A stretch of DNA of 64,000 bases from Octopus bimaculoides. Its lineage: Eukaryota. Each line of letters opens with the position of its first letter. Position 1 is the stretch's first letter. A program made the translations under genes and the position numbers. Positions 13,871 to 27,004 of this stretch are shown piece after piece. The stretch spans positions 17,237,579 through 17,301,578 of the forward strand of contig NC_068987.1 in assembly GCF_001194135.2 (NCBI RefSeq), read 5' to 3'. The notes under the pieces were generated by a model, which did no database searches, was not told the origin of the DNA, and saw only the letters and a program-made list of their open reading frames with translations.

Positions 13871-14459
13871 TAAACAGATTTTAGCGCAAATAAAATACTA
13901 AAAAGTGATAAAAGTAAGCACGAGAAAATGTCTGAAGTAAACAAATCGAAATTCTGTTTGTACAAAGCCTGGACATGAAGTTGATAGAACAAAAACGTTC
14001 TTCTCTCTCATTCTCTTAATCATTCACTCTCTCCCACCCTCTCCCTTTATAAATAAATATGTATGTAAGTATATATATATATATATATATATATATATNN
14101 NNNNNNNNNNNNNNNNNNNNNNNNNNNNNNNNNNNNNNNNNNNNNNNNNNNNNNNNNNNNNNNNNNNNNNNNNNNNNNNNNNNNNNNNNNNNNNNNNNNN
14201 NNNNNNNNNNNNNNNNNNNNNNNNNNNNNNNNNNNNNNNNNNNNNNNNNNNNNNNNNNNNNNNNNNNNNNNNNNNNNNNNNNNNNNNNNNNNNNNNNNNN
14301 NNNNNNNNNNNNNNNNNNNNNNNNNNNNNNNNNNNNNNNNNNNNNNNNNNNNNNNNNNNNNNNNNNNNNNNNNNNNNNNNNNNNNNNNNNNNNNNNNNNN
14401 NNNNNNNNNNNNNNNNNNNNNNNNNNNNNNNNNNNNNNNNNNNNNNNNNNNNNNNNNNN

Positions 14460-14504
<45 letters not shown>

Positions 14505-14889
14505 CAGCATGACCGCAGCCACTTGGCTGAGACACATTAATAAATAAATAAATAAATAAATATGTATGTGTGTGTGTGTGTGTGTATGTGTAATTTTTTG
14601 TGTTTACATCCCTTTTATTGCTTTAGCTCCTTGTATTTCGTGGGGAGTGTTGTGTCATTGTTATTCCGTTCTTGTTGCTGAACTGCTGAATTTAGTGGAT
14701 TGGTGAATTCTAGGCTTCATACTGTCCTATCTGTCTTTTATTTGTTTTCATAAGTCGATGCGCTCATTCTATATTTCTTACGTATTACACCTCCTTACGA
14801 CAGTTTTCTCTATTGGCATTCCCGAGCTTCATTCGTCGTTTCTCAGGAAAGAAGTATAGCTGCTGATCGATTACTGTGTGAGTGTATGT

Positions 14890-14901
14890 GTGTGTATGTG
14901 T

Positions 14902-14980
<79 letters not shown>
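14890..14980. repeat. (TG)n microsatellite
   Basis: Directly visible. Confidence 0.95.
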
Positions 14981-14981
<1 letters not shown>

Positions 14982-15475
14982 ATTGCTGCTTGTACTTGTG
15001 TTGGTGTTGCCTTTTTCTGGAAGATGCTTCTGTTCTCGGAGAAGCTCGTACACTCCTCCAAACTTCTGTTTTTTGTCTTAAAAAAAAAACAATTCGAGTT
15101 CAACCGGCGCACCGGCGCTAAAACACGATACTCTCGTTCAAAAACAAAATTAAGAACTCCATGTAATAGCCAATAGCAATTATGTAATTATATGCTATGT
15201 TTCAAATTCGGTTCATCGATATACATTATTAAAAAATGAACAAAAGTATAATTTTTATAACTGAAATATAATTTTTATCAATACGTTGTTCTTGATTATT
15301 TGCGTTTGCGTGCTTGTAAAGTTCATTTATAAATGAAACAAGCAGATTAGATCTTAATTAATTTTATATTTGTATCAGATATGACCGCACGATCAAGAGA
15401 GTGATTGCATTTAGCGAACGCACACAATACATGAAATATCAGGAATATCAGAATTCTCAAGTGGAGAGTAATCCG

Positions 15476-15630
15476 AAATTTAGATATATTCACGAATCCA
15501 TACTGATATTAATCTGTTTCACATGCTGAAGCTGATTATCAAAGGAAAATGAATTTTCCTTTGATAATCAGCTTCGACTTCTTTTGAAACAGATTTATAT
15601 CTGCAAGGATTCTTGAATAAATCTAAATTT
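15476..15630. mobile_element. Fold-back palindromic element (MITE-like)
   Basis: Perfect 23-bp inverted repeat 15528-15550 / 15553-15575 with a 2-nt spacer. Imperfect arms extend out to AAATTTAGAT...ATCTAAATTT. Confidence 0.75.
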
Positions 15631-15776
15631 ATAAGATTCAAATTACATGGGTAAGAAATATAATTATAAATCGCGTCATTCTAATAAACGTGTAACAGAT
15701 TTATGCACAAAATCACTTATATACATATGTAGGTAAAATATGTATGTATGAATGTCTAAGTGCATCGTGTATATAT

Positions 15777-15821
<45 letters not shown>

Positions 15822-15845
15822 TACACACAGTCACAGACACACCCA

Positions 15846-15897
<52 letters not shown>

Positions 15898-16462
15898 GAC
15901 ATACACACACACAAACACACATAGTATACATATATTCATATATTGATTTGCATACATATTATATGTGTATAAAAGTGTATGTGTGTGTGCGTGTGTGTGT
16001 GTGTGTGTGTGTGAGTTCGCGCGCGTGTGTGCATGTATGTATATATATGTTCGCGCGCGTGTGTACATGTATATGTGTGTGTACTGCTATACTGCTCTAT
16101 TTGCAGTACTGAAAAACAAGATTTGGATGAGTTAGTCCTGCTACAGAATACTTATACAAGCTAAAATAGGAAGAGAAAAAAATACCCGTGCTGCATAATG
16201 AGAATATCTTGAGTATGTTTGAACGGTTCCCCTTTAGAAAGATCACGGTTCCAGTATTTCAGAGCTTTGCGGCTATCTAAAGAAAAATATTAAAAGATCT
16301 CAAGAACAATATTGAGACTGATGCATACAAACGTATTTACATTATACACATATATATGTGTGTGTGAGATATTGTGTAACTATTTAGGTAACTAAATATG
16401 GATTATATATATATATAGTGGTATGTGTATGCATGTATGTGTGTACGTGTGTATGTGAATGA

Positions 16463-16525
<63 letters not shown>

Positions 16526-17738
16526 TATATATATATATATATATATATGCGTACGTATATTTTTATATAGGTTTCGTAGTGTAACTAGGAGTGAGTTACA
16601 AATGTTATGTTCGAAAATTTCGGTCTCTGAGCTATTATGGAAATTTTCTATACATTAATCTGAACAAAGCACAAGTAAGAGACAAGCATTAAAAAAAAAA
16701 AGAAACAAACACGGAAAGGGAAGCTTACAGAAAGAATTGCAGCTAGTGTTAGCTCACTGCATTGCATCTGCTTCAAATATATTCTGTGAATAAATAGTAT
16801 TGGAACACATTAGAAATTGTATCGACATAAATACTTTATGTAGCAGTGTAATGTTGTTTACAGTGTTCGGTATAGAGGAAGCTTCGACAGCTATTATATG
16901 TATCCCGAATACACGAAGTCTTAAACAACACTACAGTAGCAAATAGAACAGTCGCGTAAAGAAAATTAACTTTTAACATTAGTTAAATGCTGTTTTGTTA
17001 AGTTAAATATGGCGCTTGAAAGATACTGAGTTCATAGACGCTAGATCTAGATAATACGGTGACACCTGCACGCATTCCATCAGTTTTCATCTCTCCATAT
17101 CAACCTTTCTCTTCCTCTCTGTGTTTTTCTCTCGCTATATGTTTATATCTCTATCTCTCTCTCACTCTTTCTCTTTCTCTGTATATATATATATACNNNN
17201 NNNNNNNNNNNNNNNNNNNNNNNNNNNNNNNNNNNNNNNNNNNNNNNNNNNNNNNNNNNNNNNNNNNNNNNNNNNNNNNNNNNNNNNNNNNNNNNNNNNN
17301 NNNNNNNNNNNNNNNNNNNNNNNNNNNNNNNNNNNNNNNNNNNNNNNNNNNNNNNNNNNNNNNNNNNNNNNNNNNNNNNNNNNNNNNNNNNNNNNNNNNN
17401 NNNNNNNNNNNNNNNNNNNNNNNNNNNNNNNNNNNNNNNNNATACATAAATACATACATACATACATATATACACACTGGCCCACACACACGTACACATC
17501 TGTGTGTCAGAGTACATATATGAGCCTGTGTGTAGTAGGTTGCCTTTTGGTCCCCTCTGTCCGACCTAAAACTGCGTTGTACGCCCATTTGTTTAAAAAC
17601 AACTCTCATTGTACTGACGTAACTATTTAATTTTGTAGCATAACAATTCTCGACACCTCTGTCAGATTCGACTTGTGTGCTGAGACTTGCTAAGCTGGAG
17701 TTAATGCAGCATAAGCACATGAAGGACCTATGGTCAAG

Positions 17739-17954
17739 ATAATCCTTTCTACTGTAGGTACAATGCACGAAATTTTGAAAGATGGACAATCCAATTACGT
17801 CGCTATCCGGGCTCAACTGGTGCTTATTTTATCGACCCCGAAATGATGAAAGACAAGTCAACTTCGGTGGAATTTGATTACAGAACATATAACTGGAAGA
17901 AATACCGATTAACACTTTGTAGAAATACCAATTAACACTAACGATTCTACCAGC
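17739..17954 (-). mobile_element. SINE family B
   Basis: ATAATCCTTTCTACTGTAGG tail, TTTTATCGACCCCGAAATGATGAAAGACAAG core, ACGATTCTACCAGC head. Confidence 0.8.
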
Positions 17955-19149
17955 ACAAAATAAGGATATGCATATTCATTTTTCACATTATAATGTTTTC
18001 GCATATATTGACCGCCCTACAAATCTTGTAAAGAAACACTGAGCGCCAAATGACCGCCGCGGACTACAAGACACAACGTTTCGGCACGATTTCGCCCCTT
18101 CCCTGTTAGCAACTCACTCTGTCGTTTACAGCTAAACGGACTGAAAATATGTATGTATAAATGTTGGTGTGTATGACATAATTCCTAGAGTCCTGTCATT
18201 ATGAAGAAGTATGTGCGTTCGTAAGTGACAGAATTGTTTCTTTGTAAGCAAATTAAGACTGTTTAATACTTCTGTATGTTTGTATACAATTCATTTCGCA
18301 TCGAATTAATTATAAACATCAATAGACCTATGATGGTTAATATCGTGAGTAGATGAATGACGCTCAAGATCATCTTGTTAACATTCATAACATATGTTAT
18401 GCATAGAAAATCGCTTCCATTTGCAACATTTCCAAATCTTTCTTGAAACCCATTTAATAATACTTTAGTTGAGATTTATCAGTATACACATATACTGAAA
18501 AACACGCACAATAAGACATAAAGAATCAGAGAAAAGGGATGATAATTCGTGTTTGTGGGAAGGAAAGAGAAAGAGAGAGGAAAAGTGAAGACAGAAAGAG
18601 AAGTTTTACATAGAAAAAGTGAATGACTTTGCAGAAATAAATACAAAGATTTGCAGTTAGTGTTAGCTTTACCAAATTACTTTTACTCCATTTGACAACT
18701 GCAAGGAAGTGGTATTGAAACTCTTTTGAAAATTGTGTCAATACAAACCCATTAACATACATAGTTATGCATGCAGCCATGAACGTGGAGGTGTTTGAAT
18801 TGCTAATTGTAACCTTCCTTAAAGCATGGCCTCTTGAGCAACAAAAGAATAACAGGCTTTCACATATCCTTGTAAAGGAAACCGCATTTATTTTAGCACA
18901 CTTCTTTAAAAATACTGAACTAAAATGGTGTTGCTAAATTAGTCATTTCATTTATGATGATTTAGGTAACGCATTCGAAAATTTACCACCTCCGTATCTA
19001 AAGACAGACAGACAGAAACACACACGCACGCACACACACACAAACACACACACACACACACACTCAGTGAACACACATGTGTGTTTGTGCCTCTATGTAT
19101 GTGTATATGTATTATCAACAGCTTTTTACTGATGTGTGTGCGTGTGTGT

Positions 19150-19640
19150 GTGTGTGTTTGTATTTATGTCTGCTTTTGTCTACAACCACGACTTGACGAC
19201 TGGTGTTGGTGTGTTTACATCCCTGTAACGTAGCAGTTCTATAAAAATACGATAAAATAAGTACCAGGCTTAAAAAATATAAGTAAAAGAAAAATAATAA
19301 ATGCGCTCTTTTAAAACCAGCGTGACTCATGTTTGCCAGCTGAGTGGATTGGAGCAACGTGGAATGAAGTGTTTTGCTCAAGAACACAACGCGTCGCCCG
19401 GTCCAGTTGTGAAGCGGTCGAGGAGACGAAAACAGTCACAAAGATACACGCACACACAGACACTCACACGCACAAACACTCACACAAACACACACACACA
19501 AACACAAAAACACGCACACACAAACGAGCTTTTTTCAGTTTCCGCCAGTCAAATCCACTTACAAGACCTGCAGCTATTGTAAGAAAACAAGACACGACGC
19601 CAAGGTGCCACGAAGTAAGATTGAACACGAAACCAAGTGT
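19150..19640. mobile_element. Cluster of SINE fragments: family A 3' module (+, about 19150-19300), family C (-, about 19320-19410), family A 5' module (-, about 19527-19640)
   Basis: Motifs GGTGTGTTTACATCCCTGTAAC..AATAAGTACCAGG; GCCAGCTGAGTGGATTGGAGCAACG..GCTCAAGAACACAAC; TTCAGTTTCCG..CCAAGGTGCCACG. Confidence 0.7.
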
Positions 19641-19924
19641 TTGAGAATCCGTGTTTGTGTGTGTGTGGCGGGGGGAGTACGTACGTATTTATATATGCAT
19701 GCGGAGACTATACGTGACTTTATTTTTAACTGCTGAAAATATTTAGTTATAAGTACGAGCAAATGACTATGATATCTTTTCTCCTTCTAGGCAAGTGTTA
19801 GTATTCACGTTGGTTTCCTGACAATTCACTTCACACCAAACAATAAACTTGAAGACTTCTAAAATGCTTGACATCGGTAGGTGATGAATGACATTCATAG
19901 ATCACCTTATGTACCAGTGTAATA

Positions 19925-20125
19925 CGGGTTATACATAATAAATCTCTCATGCTTGCAAAATTCCTGAATCATTCTTGAAATTCATTTAATCATAATTTAG
20001 CAATGTGTCAACATTCTGAAAATTACTTAAACTGCTAGTTTAAAATTCAGATGAGGCTGTCGACTACGGAAATTGTATGTGTCAAAGTTCAACCTTAGCG
20101 CTCTTGTCAACTTCTCACTTTTCTA
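19925..20125. repeat. Unclassified dispersed repeat, copy 1 (copy 2 at about 24010-24210)
   Basis: 59-nt ungapped core at 19978 matches the core at 24059 at 50/59 positions; similarity continues on both sides. Confidence 0.75.
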
Positions 20126-20774
20126 TAACTCAAGAGATTGTTCATATCAGACATAACTAAAATTATTTATTATTGAAAACTCTTACGTAATATAACAGTG
20201 TTATTTGCCAGTTCATATTCTCTTATTCTTTTACTAGTAACAGCCATTATACTTCAGCTATGCTTAGGCACGACCTTAAAAGGTTTTCGTCTGTCATATT
20301 AACCTCAGTGGTTATTTTAAGCCTGTTAGTAATTTTATCGAACTCTATTTATAGAAAAGGCCACGTTACCGCTTTGACATAGAATGACGTAACATGACAC
20401 GGTATTTTCTTGCCAGTTAACATAAAACACACACATGGACATTCATACACACTCATATGTAAAGAGAAATAGAAAGAGAGAGAGAAACAACACGAGATGA
20501 AAACTGAGACGAGATAGAGTGGGACAGCGTGAGAGAGTGAGATAAACATAGAAAGTGAAAGAAGATAGAGGGGAACATGAGAAAGTAACACGAGACAGTT
20601 AAAATGATTTGCAAACAGTGATAACTCAACATATTACATGTATTTTATGTAAGAACTATACGGAAATTGTATTCAAATACTTTAAAGTTTGTGGAGTGTA
20701 AATTGCATTAAAAAAGATATTGCTATATTTATAGTGATGGGTGTAGAAAAGGTTAAATCATCATAATGTTCCTC

Positions 20775-20819
<45 letters not shown>

Positions 20820-20820
<1 letters not shown>

Positions 20821-21300
20821 CAGAATGAGATAACAAAGCCAAGGCTCTGAGGGGGTTTCAGGACATCTATAATGAAATAGTCTTACAGGTGTTTCTGGGA
20901 TATCATGGATATCCCCTTCATCAGAGACAGTCTGAGATAATATTTGCGTTCGAGTTATTATGGAAAAGGAGGAGATAGGGAACATAGAGGGAAATAAGAG
21001 AATGGAAGTAGAAATAAGATGTATAAAGATGTTGTAGTTCCATTATCCGAGGAAAATGGTGTATAGAAGTGGATAAAAGTTTCCTGAACATGGTATGTAA
21101 GTTCCAAAAGCAGTTCATGTTTAGTCATTTCAAAGTATGGAGCCGCGGAAACAGCGTTGCTCCTTTGAAAGGATTTTGTAGTATGAAGGAAAATCTGAAA
21201 ACGTATTGGTAGTATCTGTGGTTAGATGGGAGGAGAGGAAGGAACAAATAGTTTGATACGACGATAGATTTTAGCTCTAACTGTTGAGCTGATTAATGTT
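20820..21300 (-). mobile_element. Probable Penelope-like element 3' end
   Basis: Pyrimidine-rich minus-strand UTR-like tract ending in a hammerhead-like motif, then (TA)n. Protein homology is not clearly readable. Confidence 0.45.
20878..20932 (-). ncRNA. Type I hammerhead ribozyme-like motif
   Basis: Minus strand: UGUCU-CUGAUGA-AG-GGGAUAUC(CAU)GAUAUCCC-A-GAAAC-ACCU-GUA-AGAC. Both core boxes are present, with an 8-bp stem II, a minimal stem III (ACA/UGU), a GUA triplet and a 4-bp stem I (GUCU/AGAC). Confidence 0.65.
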
Positions 21301-21451
21301 TAGAAGGCAATATGGATTGAGCTCAAAATTAGTTATTATGCATTTACTGCTAAAACCAATGTATAACTCACGGCCGATATTGGACTGGGTAGAATCAATA
21401 ATGCAAATTCCATATGCTGGAGATTACAGCGTAAAATATGATAACCATTCC

Positions 21452-21640
21452 TGAGAGGGATGCCAGAAGGTTTGCAAATCTAACGGAGGACTCAAAAGAC
21501 ATTTTAAGATCCACAAAGCTCAGAACTTATCTGCAGCTCTTGGTGGTCCAAATCGGATGTGCAATTTATGTGGGTGTCTTTTCAGAACATTGTCTTGTTT
21601 AAAAAGCCACATCAGATGCCATGATGGTACTGCGGTGTAG
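21452..21640 (+). pseudogene. Two tandem C2H2 zinc-finger motifs, probably the C-terminus of an RTE-type LINE ORF
   Basis: In one frame: *EGCQKVCKSNGGLKRHFKIH KAQNLSAALGGPNRM CNLCGCLFRTLSCLKSHIRCH DGTAV*. The first Cys codon is TGA. A short UTR-like stretch and (TA)n follow. Confidence 0.6.
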
Positions 21641-21699
21641 ATGCTGGAGTTGGGCAAACCTCCATATATATATGTGTGTGTGTGTGCGTAACAGGTTTT

Positions 21700-21846
21700 G
21701 TTTCAATTTCCATCTATAACGTCGAAGTACAAAGCTTAGGTCGTCCTGAGGTTACAGTAGAAGACCTGTGTCCTAGGTGCCACGCAGTGGCACTGAACCC
21801 GAGTGTGGTTGGTAAGGAAGCTTCTTACCATGCAGTCATGCCTATA
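21700..21846 (-). mobile_element. SINE family A, 5' module
   Basis: CCTAGGTGCCACGCAGTGGCACTGAACCCG..GGTTGGTAAGGAAGCTTCTTACCA is the reverse complement of the head. Confidence 0.75.
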
Positions 21847-22800
21847 GAATTGTTAAAGAAAATGGTTGAGTACTCATGGCAACAATAATCATAAAGCTGA
21901 AAATGTGAAAAGAATCATATAGACTAAATACGTAAAGAGAAACAAACACCTGATTAATGACGACATGCTTACGACTTTACCTGCTAACTATAAAGAAACA
22001 GTGACACATCCCAGTAGCGCTTCTTCTTCGTGTTAAGCCTATGGAGGATTAGAAACACTGATAAGGAATTAATGATATTAAGCTAACAGCTCGAAGCTAA
22101 TACAAATGTAAGAAAAATAAATCTTCATGCAACAAATGAGCTTAAAACAGAGTTGTTTATCGAAATCTACACGCACATACGCACACGTCACACATAAACA
22201 CACATCTCGCACACACACGAACACACACATACACACACATATATAGGTATACATGTATGTGTGTGTGTGTGTACGTATATATATATATATNNNNNNNNNN
22301 NNNNNNNNNNNNNNNNNNNNNNNNNNNNNNNNNNNNNNNNNNNNNNNNNNNNNNNNNNNNNNNNNNNNNNNNNNNNNNNNNNNNNNNNNNNNNNNNNNNN
22401 NNNNNNNNNNNNNNNNNNNNNNNNNNNNNNNNNNNNNNNNNNNNNNNNNNNNNNNNNNNNNNNNNNNNNNNNNNNNNNNNNNNNNNNNNNNNNNNNNNNN
22501 NNNNNNNNNNNNNNNNNNNNNNNNNNNNNNNNNNNNNNNNNNNNNNNNNNNNNNNNNNNNNNNNNNNNNNNNNNNNNNNNNNNNNNNNNNNNNNNNNNNN
22601 NNNNNNNNNNNNNNNNNNNNNNNNNNNNNNNNNNNNNNNNNNNNNNNNNNNNNNNNNNNNNNNNNNNNNNNNNNNNNNNNNNNNNNNNNNNNNNNNNNNN
22701 NNNNNNNNNNNNNNNNNNNNNNNNNNNNNNNNNNNNNNNNNNNNNNNNNNNNNNNNNNNNNNNNNNNNNNNNNNNNNNNNNNNNNNNNNNNNNNNNNNNN

Positions 22801-22882
<82 letters not shown>

Positions 22883-24009
22883 GCAGACAGGCACACACGT
22901 GATTGTACATACATAGAATATATATATATATATATATATATTTCTTTTTGTTTTAGCTAATTGGCATACATTTGTATATACAAGCATATATCTTCCTAAA
23001 CATCCTCGTTTTGCTGTCTTGAATGTGGAACTCTATATGTAACTCCACCAGTAATTCCCAAATTACGATCTTGTGAAAATTTTCTTCATCTATATTTATT
23101 CATTCAGTGTTTGGAGTTTACACCCAACAAAAGGAAAGTAAGGTTACAGTGTAGCCTTGTAAGGTTTGTTCGTTTAGACTTACTTATATCGCTATACTGT
23201 GATGTGTCCGTTTACATTTAACAATGCTATTATTGAGATGCATATGATATTTTATAACTAGTGTCTGCATGAACATATAAACCATTACGTCATGGTAAAC
23301 AGACCCATTCTATAGCTAATTCATCTTTACCTAAACAACTACATACATCTAGCAATTATTTTGGGATTATACAATTTAAGTAAACAACAGTTTAAACATA
23401 CTGGTGATTATAATGAAACACCATAGATATATGTTTGAGTAAATAACGAATTTGTAGAACTAAATAACAATACTTAAAATATAGTGAATTACATAATTTA
23501 GGTAAACAATAACATAATCATACTAGTAAAGATAGAAAGAAAACTATATTACATTTTTGAATTAAAAAAGTATTGATATATCATTAAATCTAACATATTA
23601 TTTCTAAATTTCAGAAACGAATCTTTAAACCTATAGCAACATGCTGACATAACTTCAGAGTGCTTGTGTCTGATATTATCATTGAATAATATTATTTCTA
23701 GAGTTTTTCAGACAAAAGTTACATGCTTCTGAATAAGGGTTGTATTGTTATGAATTTCGTATCACAGTCTAGAATGATAGATATGTACGTTCGTATGTGT
23801 GCAATTTAATTTCCATCGTCCGGTCAGCATGCAGATATTTGTGTGATCATGAATAGTTCGTCTGCTGTCTAAGACTGCATAATAGCTAGATTAGCTCACA
23901 TACAACTCATTTTCACATGAAAATATTTTATAATTTCAAAAGCTCTAAAATTATCTACATCATAAATACTTAAATGACATTCAAGCTCACCTTATATACC
24001 GAGTTGTTA

Positions 24010-24210
24010 TAGGTTATATCAATAGTAAATCTAACAGAACATTTCTGAACGTTTGTGTAAATTCATTTAATGACAATTTAGTGATGTGTCAACATTTTCA
24101 AAATTGCTCAAACTACTTGGCTTCTTAGAAATATAAGTGAGGTTGTAGACGAGTGAAATTCAACATAGCAAAGTTCAGATCTGACGCTCCAGTCTTCTCT
24201 CACATTTCAA
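24010..24210. repeat. Unclassified dispersed repeat, copy 2
   Basis: Homologous to 19925-20125, same orientation. Confidence 0.75.
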
Positions 24211-24611
24211 ATAGCTATATATTGGTTGAAATATTTGAAAGCAATAATGCTATATAGGTAAAGTAATTTGAGACTGAAGCTAGTTAAGTGCAGTTATTGC
24301 TAAATAATAAAGAAGTTTGCTTTGAAGTTCGATGGTTTCCGATGTAGTCCCACTACGCAGTATTCAGACCAAATGACTTATATAGCACAACGCTTCGTGT
24401 ATGGATTTAGGAAATGGAGACCATGCAAAAATCAATGAAACACATACATATATTGTGTGTGTGTGTGATTGAGTGAGTGAGTAAGTGAGTAAGTAAGTGT
24501 GTGTGCGTGCGTGCGTGCGTGCGTGCGGGGGTGCGTGCGTGCGGGGGTGCGTGCGTGCGTATGTGCATCCGCGAATCCCTAACTAAACAACATTCGTTTA
24601 TGTATGTATAT

Positions 24612-24778
24612 AGGGGTAGGCGTGGCTAGGTGTGTAAAAAGCTTGATTTCCAACCATATAGTTCCAGGTTCAGATTCTTTGCATGGTACCTTGGGCAACT
24701 GTTTCTGTTAGAGCCTCAAGTCAACCAAAGTCTTGTAAAAGAATCTGGTAGGGGGAATCTGAAAGAATTCCGTCGTGA

Positions 24779-24813
<35 letters not shown>

Positions 24814-25170
24814 NNNNNNNNNNNNNNNNNNNNNNNNNNNNNNNNNNNNNNNNNNNNNNNNNNNNNNNNNNNNNNNNNNNNNNNNNNNNNNNNNNNNNNN
24901 NNNNNNNNNGTGTGTGTGTTTGTGTGTGTTTGTGTGTTTGTGTGTGTGTGTGTGTTTGTGTGTGTGTTTGTTGTTATGTGCGTGTGTAAGTGTGCGTGTA
25001 TGAGTGTGCTTTAATGTCAGTGTTTGTTCTCCACCACTGCTTGATAACTGATAGAATAAGAACCAGATTTAAAAAGAAAAAAAAAAGCAACTACTGTGAT
25101 CGGTTCGTTCCACTAAAATTCTTCAAGGCGGTGCTCAAGAACGGTCGCAGTCTAATGATTAAAAACGATT
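24612..25170 (+). mobile_element. SINE family A (5' module, internal CA/TG microsatellite with N-gap, degenerate 3' module)
   Basis: GGGGTAGGCGTGGCT..GGTACCTTGGGCAAC head; 3' module ends AAGGCGGTGCTCAAGAACGGTCGCAGTCTAATGATT. Confidence 0.7.
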
Positions 25171-25717
25171 AGAGCTTAAAATATAAATATTAAGTAATTA
25201 ACTCAACATTTATAATAGAAACACTACGGCCATCTGTTTGACAAAGTCGTGAGTGCGTTTTGTGTGTGTGTGTGTATATCTGTCTGTGTCTGTGTGTAAG
25301 AGGTGTGATTTCTGTCTTTGAATCCTGCAATTTTAAAATCACTCACACACACACGCACACACATGCACATGCACACACATACACACGCACACACACACAA
25401 TACACAAAATATGGATCCAGAGTTTTCTTGTGTACTGAATATGAATATGATTTCTCCGTTGCATGGTGATGAAATATTAGATATTTAGATATTTAATAGA
25501 TAACATTTGAAAACATTTTCATGTATCAAGATATGCAAGTGTCACGTAAATTATCCAGAACATCTTTAGTGAACAAGCATGCATCACATTGATATAATCA
25601 GGACTGCGTTTATGGAAACCGGAAGTGGATTTTTGCACTTATGAATGCTTCGTAATATTTCTAGATCTGTGAGTGTTTTATTTCTGTTTTTCATATATTA
25701 TGTGTGTGTACATATAT

Positions 25718-25925
25718 ATTCTTTTATTCTTTTACTTGTTTCAGTCATTTGACTGCGGACATCCTGGAGCACAGCCCTCAGTCGAGCAAATCGACCCCAG
25801 GACTTATTCTTTGTAAGCCTAGTATTTATTTTATCGGTCCCCTTTGCCGGACCGCTACTTTTACGGGGACAGAAACACACCAAAATTGGTTGTCAAGCGA
25901 AGGTGGGGAGACAAGGACAAACATA
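25718..25925 (-). mobile_element. SINE family A, 3' module
   Basis: TTTTACTTGTTTCAGTCATTTGACTGCGG..GGAGCAC..TCGAGCAAATCGACCCCAGGAC is the reverse complement of the 3' module. Confidence 0.85.
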
Positions 25926-25971
25926 TGTACATATGACCTTGCGTATATATAAGAAACCATTAAACACGAAC

Positions 25972-26180
25972 CGAACTGCCAGGATCGTTAGAGATCCAAA
26001 AATATACTCAGTGGCATGTATTCCTACTTTACGTTTTATGTTCAAATTCTGCCGAGACCGACTTGAGCATTCATCCTCTTGGGATCGAGAAAATAAGAAC
26101 TAGTTCAGCGCTTGGGACGATGTAATAGACTAACCGCGCCATGCCCGAAATTTCAGGCGTTTACTAATATTTTAGAATTT
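25972..26180 (+). mobile_element. SINE family B (degenerate)
   Basis: GAACTGCCAGGATCGTTAG head, GTTCAAATTCTGCCGAGACCGAC B-box region, GGGACGATGTAATAGACT. Confidence 0.7.
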
Positions 26181-26402
26181 ACTTATATTCAATTTTGTTA
26201 ATGTTGTGAAATTTGTTTATTCATGATGGAAAGCATGCAGGTGACATGCGTGTATGTATGTGTGTGTAAACGTGTGCTTCAGGTGTGCGGTCTCTGAGTG
26301 TATACACACACACACAAACCAATCCATAAATGCAGGCACACACGTACACACATTGATATTGATATAGATATAGGCCGTTTGTGAGGCTCATAAATAGATA
26401 GG

Positions 26403-26457
<55 letters not shown>

Positions 26458-26458
26458 G
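26403..26458. repeat. (GATA)n microsatellite
   Basis: Directly visible; further (GATA/TATC)n tracts at about 51205-51330, 53148-53208 and 62186-62275. Confidence 0.95.
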
Positions 26459-26972
26459 TAAACGCACGTATATATGTATGCGTTTGTGTGCCTGTGTTTC
26501 TGTATGTGAATGCAGGCACACATTTAGAAGTGAATCAGTAAGGTTGATCACCTGTTCATGACTACCTGTTCACAAAACGTTACGCTATTGATTCTATTTA
26601 TCGCTCAACGGCGTGGGTTGAATAAATATTTATCACTTACATACATTTGCATATATCTATTGAGTGGATACGTCTACACAATTACATTTCTTTCCTTTGT
26701 ATCTCTCTGAATTCTTCTTATAAAGAAATGCTTTGTTTCTTAAGAAACAAAGCATCAGATATNNNNNNNNNNNNNNNNNNNNNNNNNNNNNNNNNNNNNN
26801 NNNNNNNNNNNNNNNNNNNNNNNNNNNNNNNNNNNNNNNNNNNNNNNNNNNNNNNNNNNNNNNNNNNNNNNNNNNNNNNNNNNNNNNNNNNNNNNNNNNN
26901 NNNNNNNNNNNNNNNNNNNNNNNNNNNNNNNNNNNNNNNNNNNNNNNNNNNNNNNNNNNNNNNNNNNNNNNN

Positions 26973-27004
<32 letters not shown>

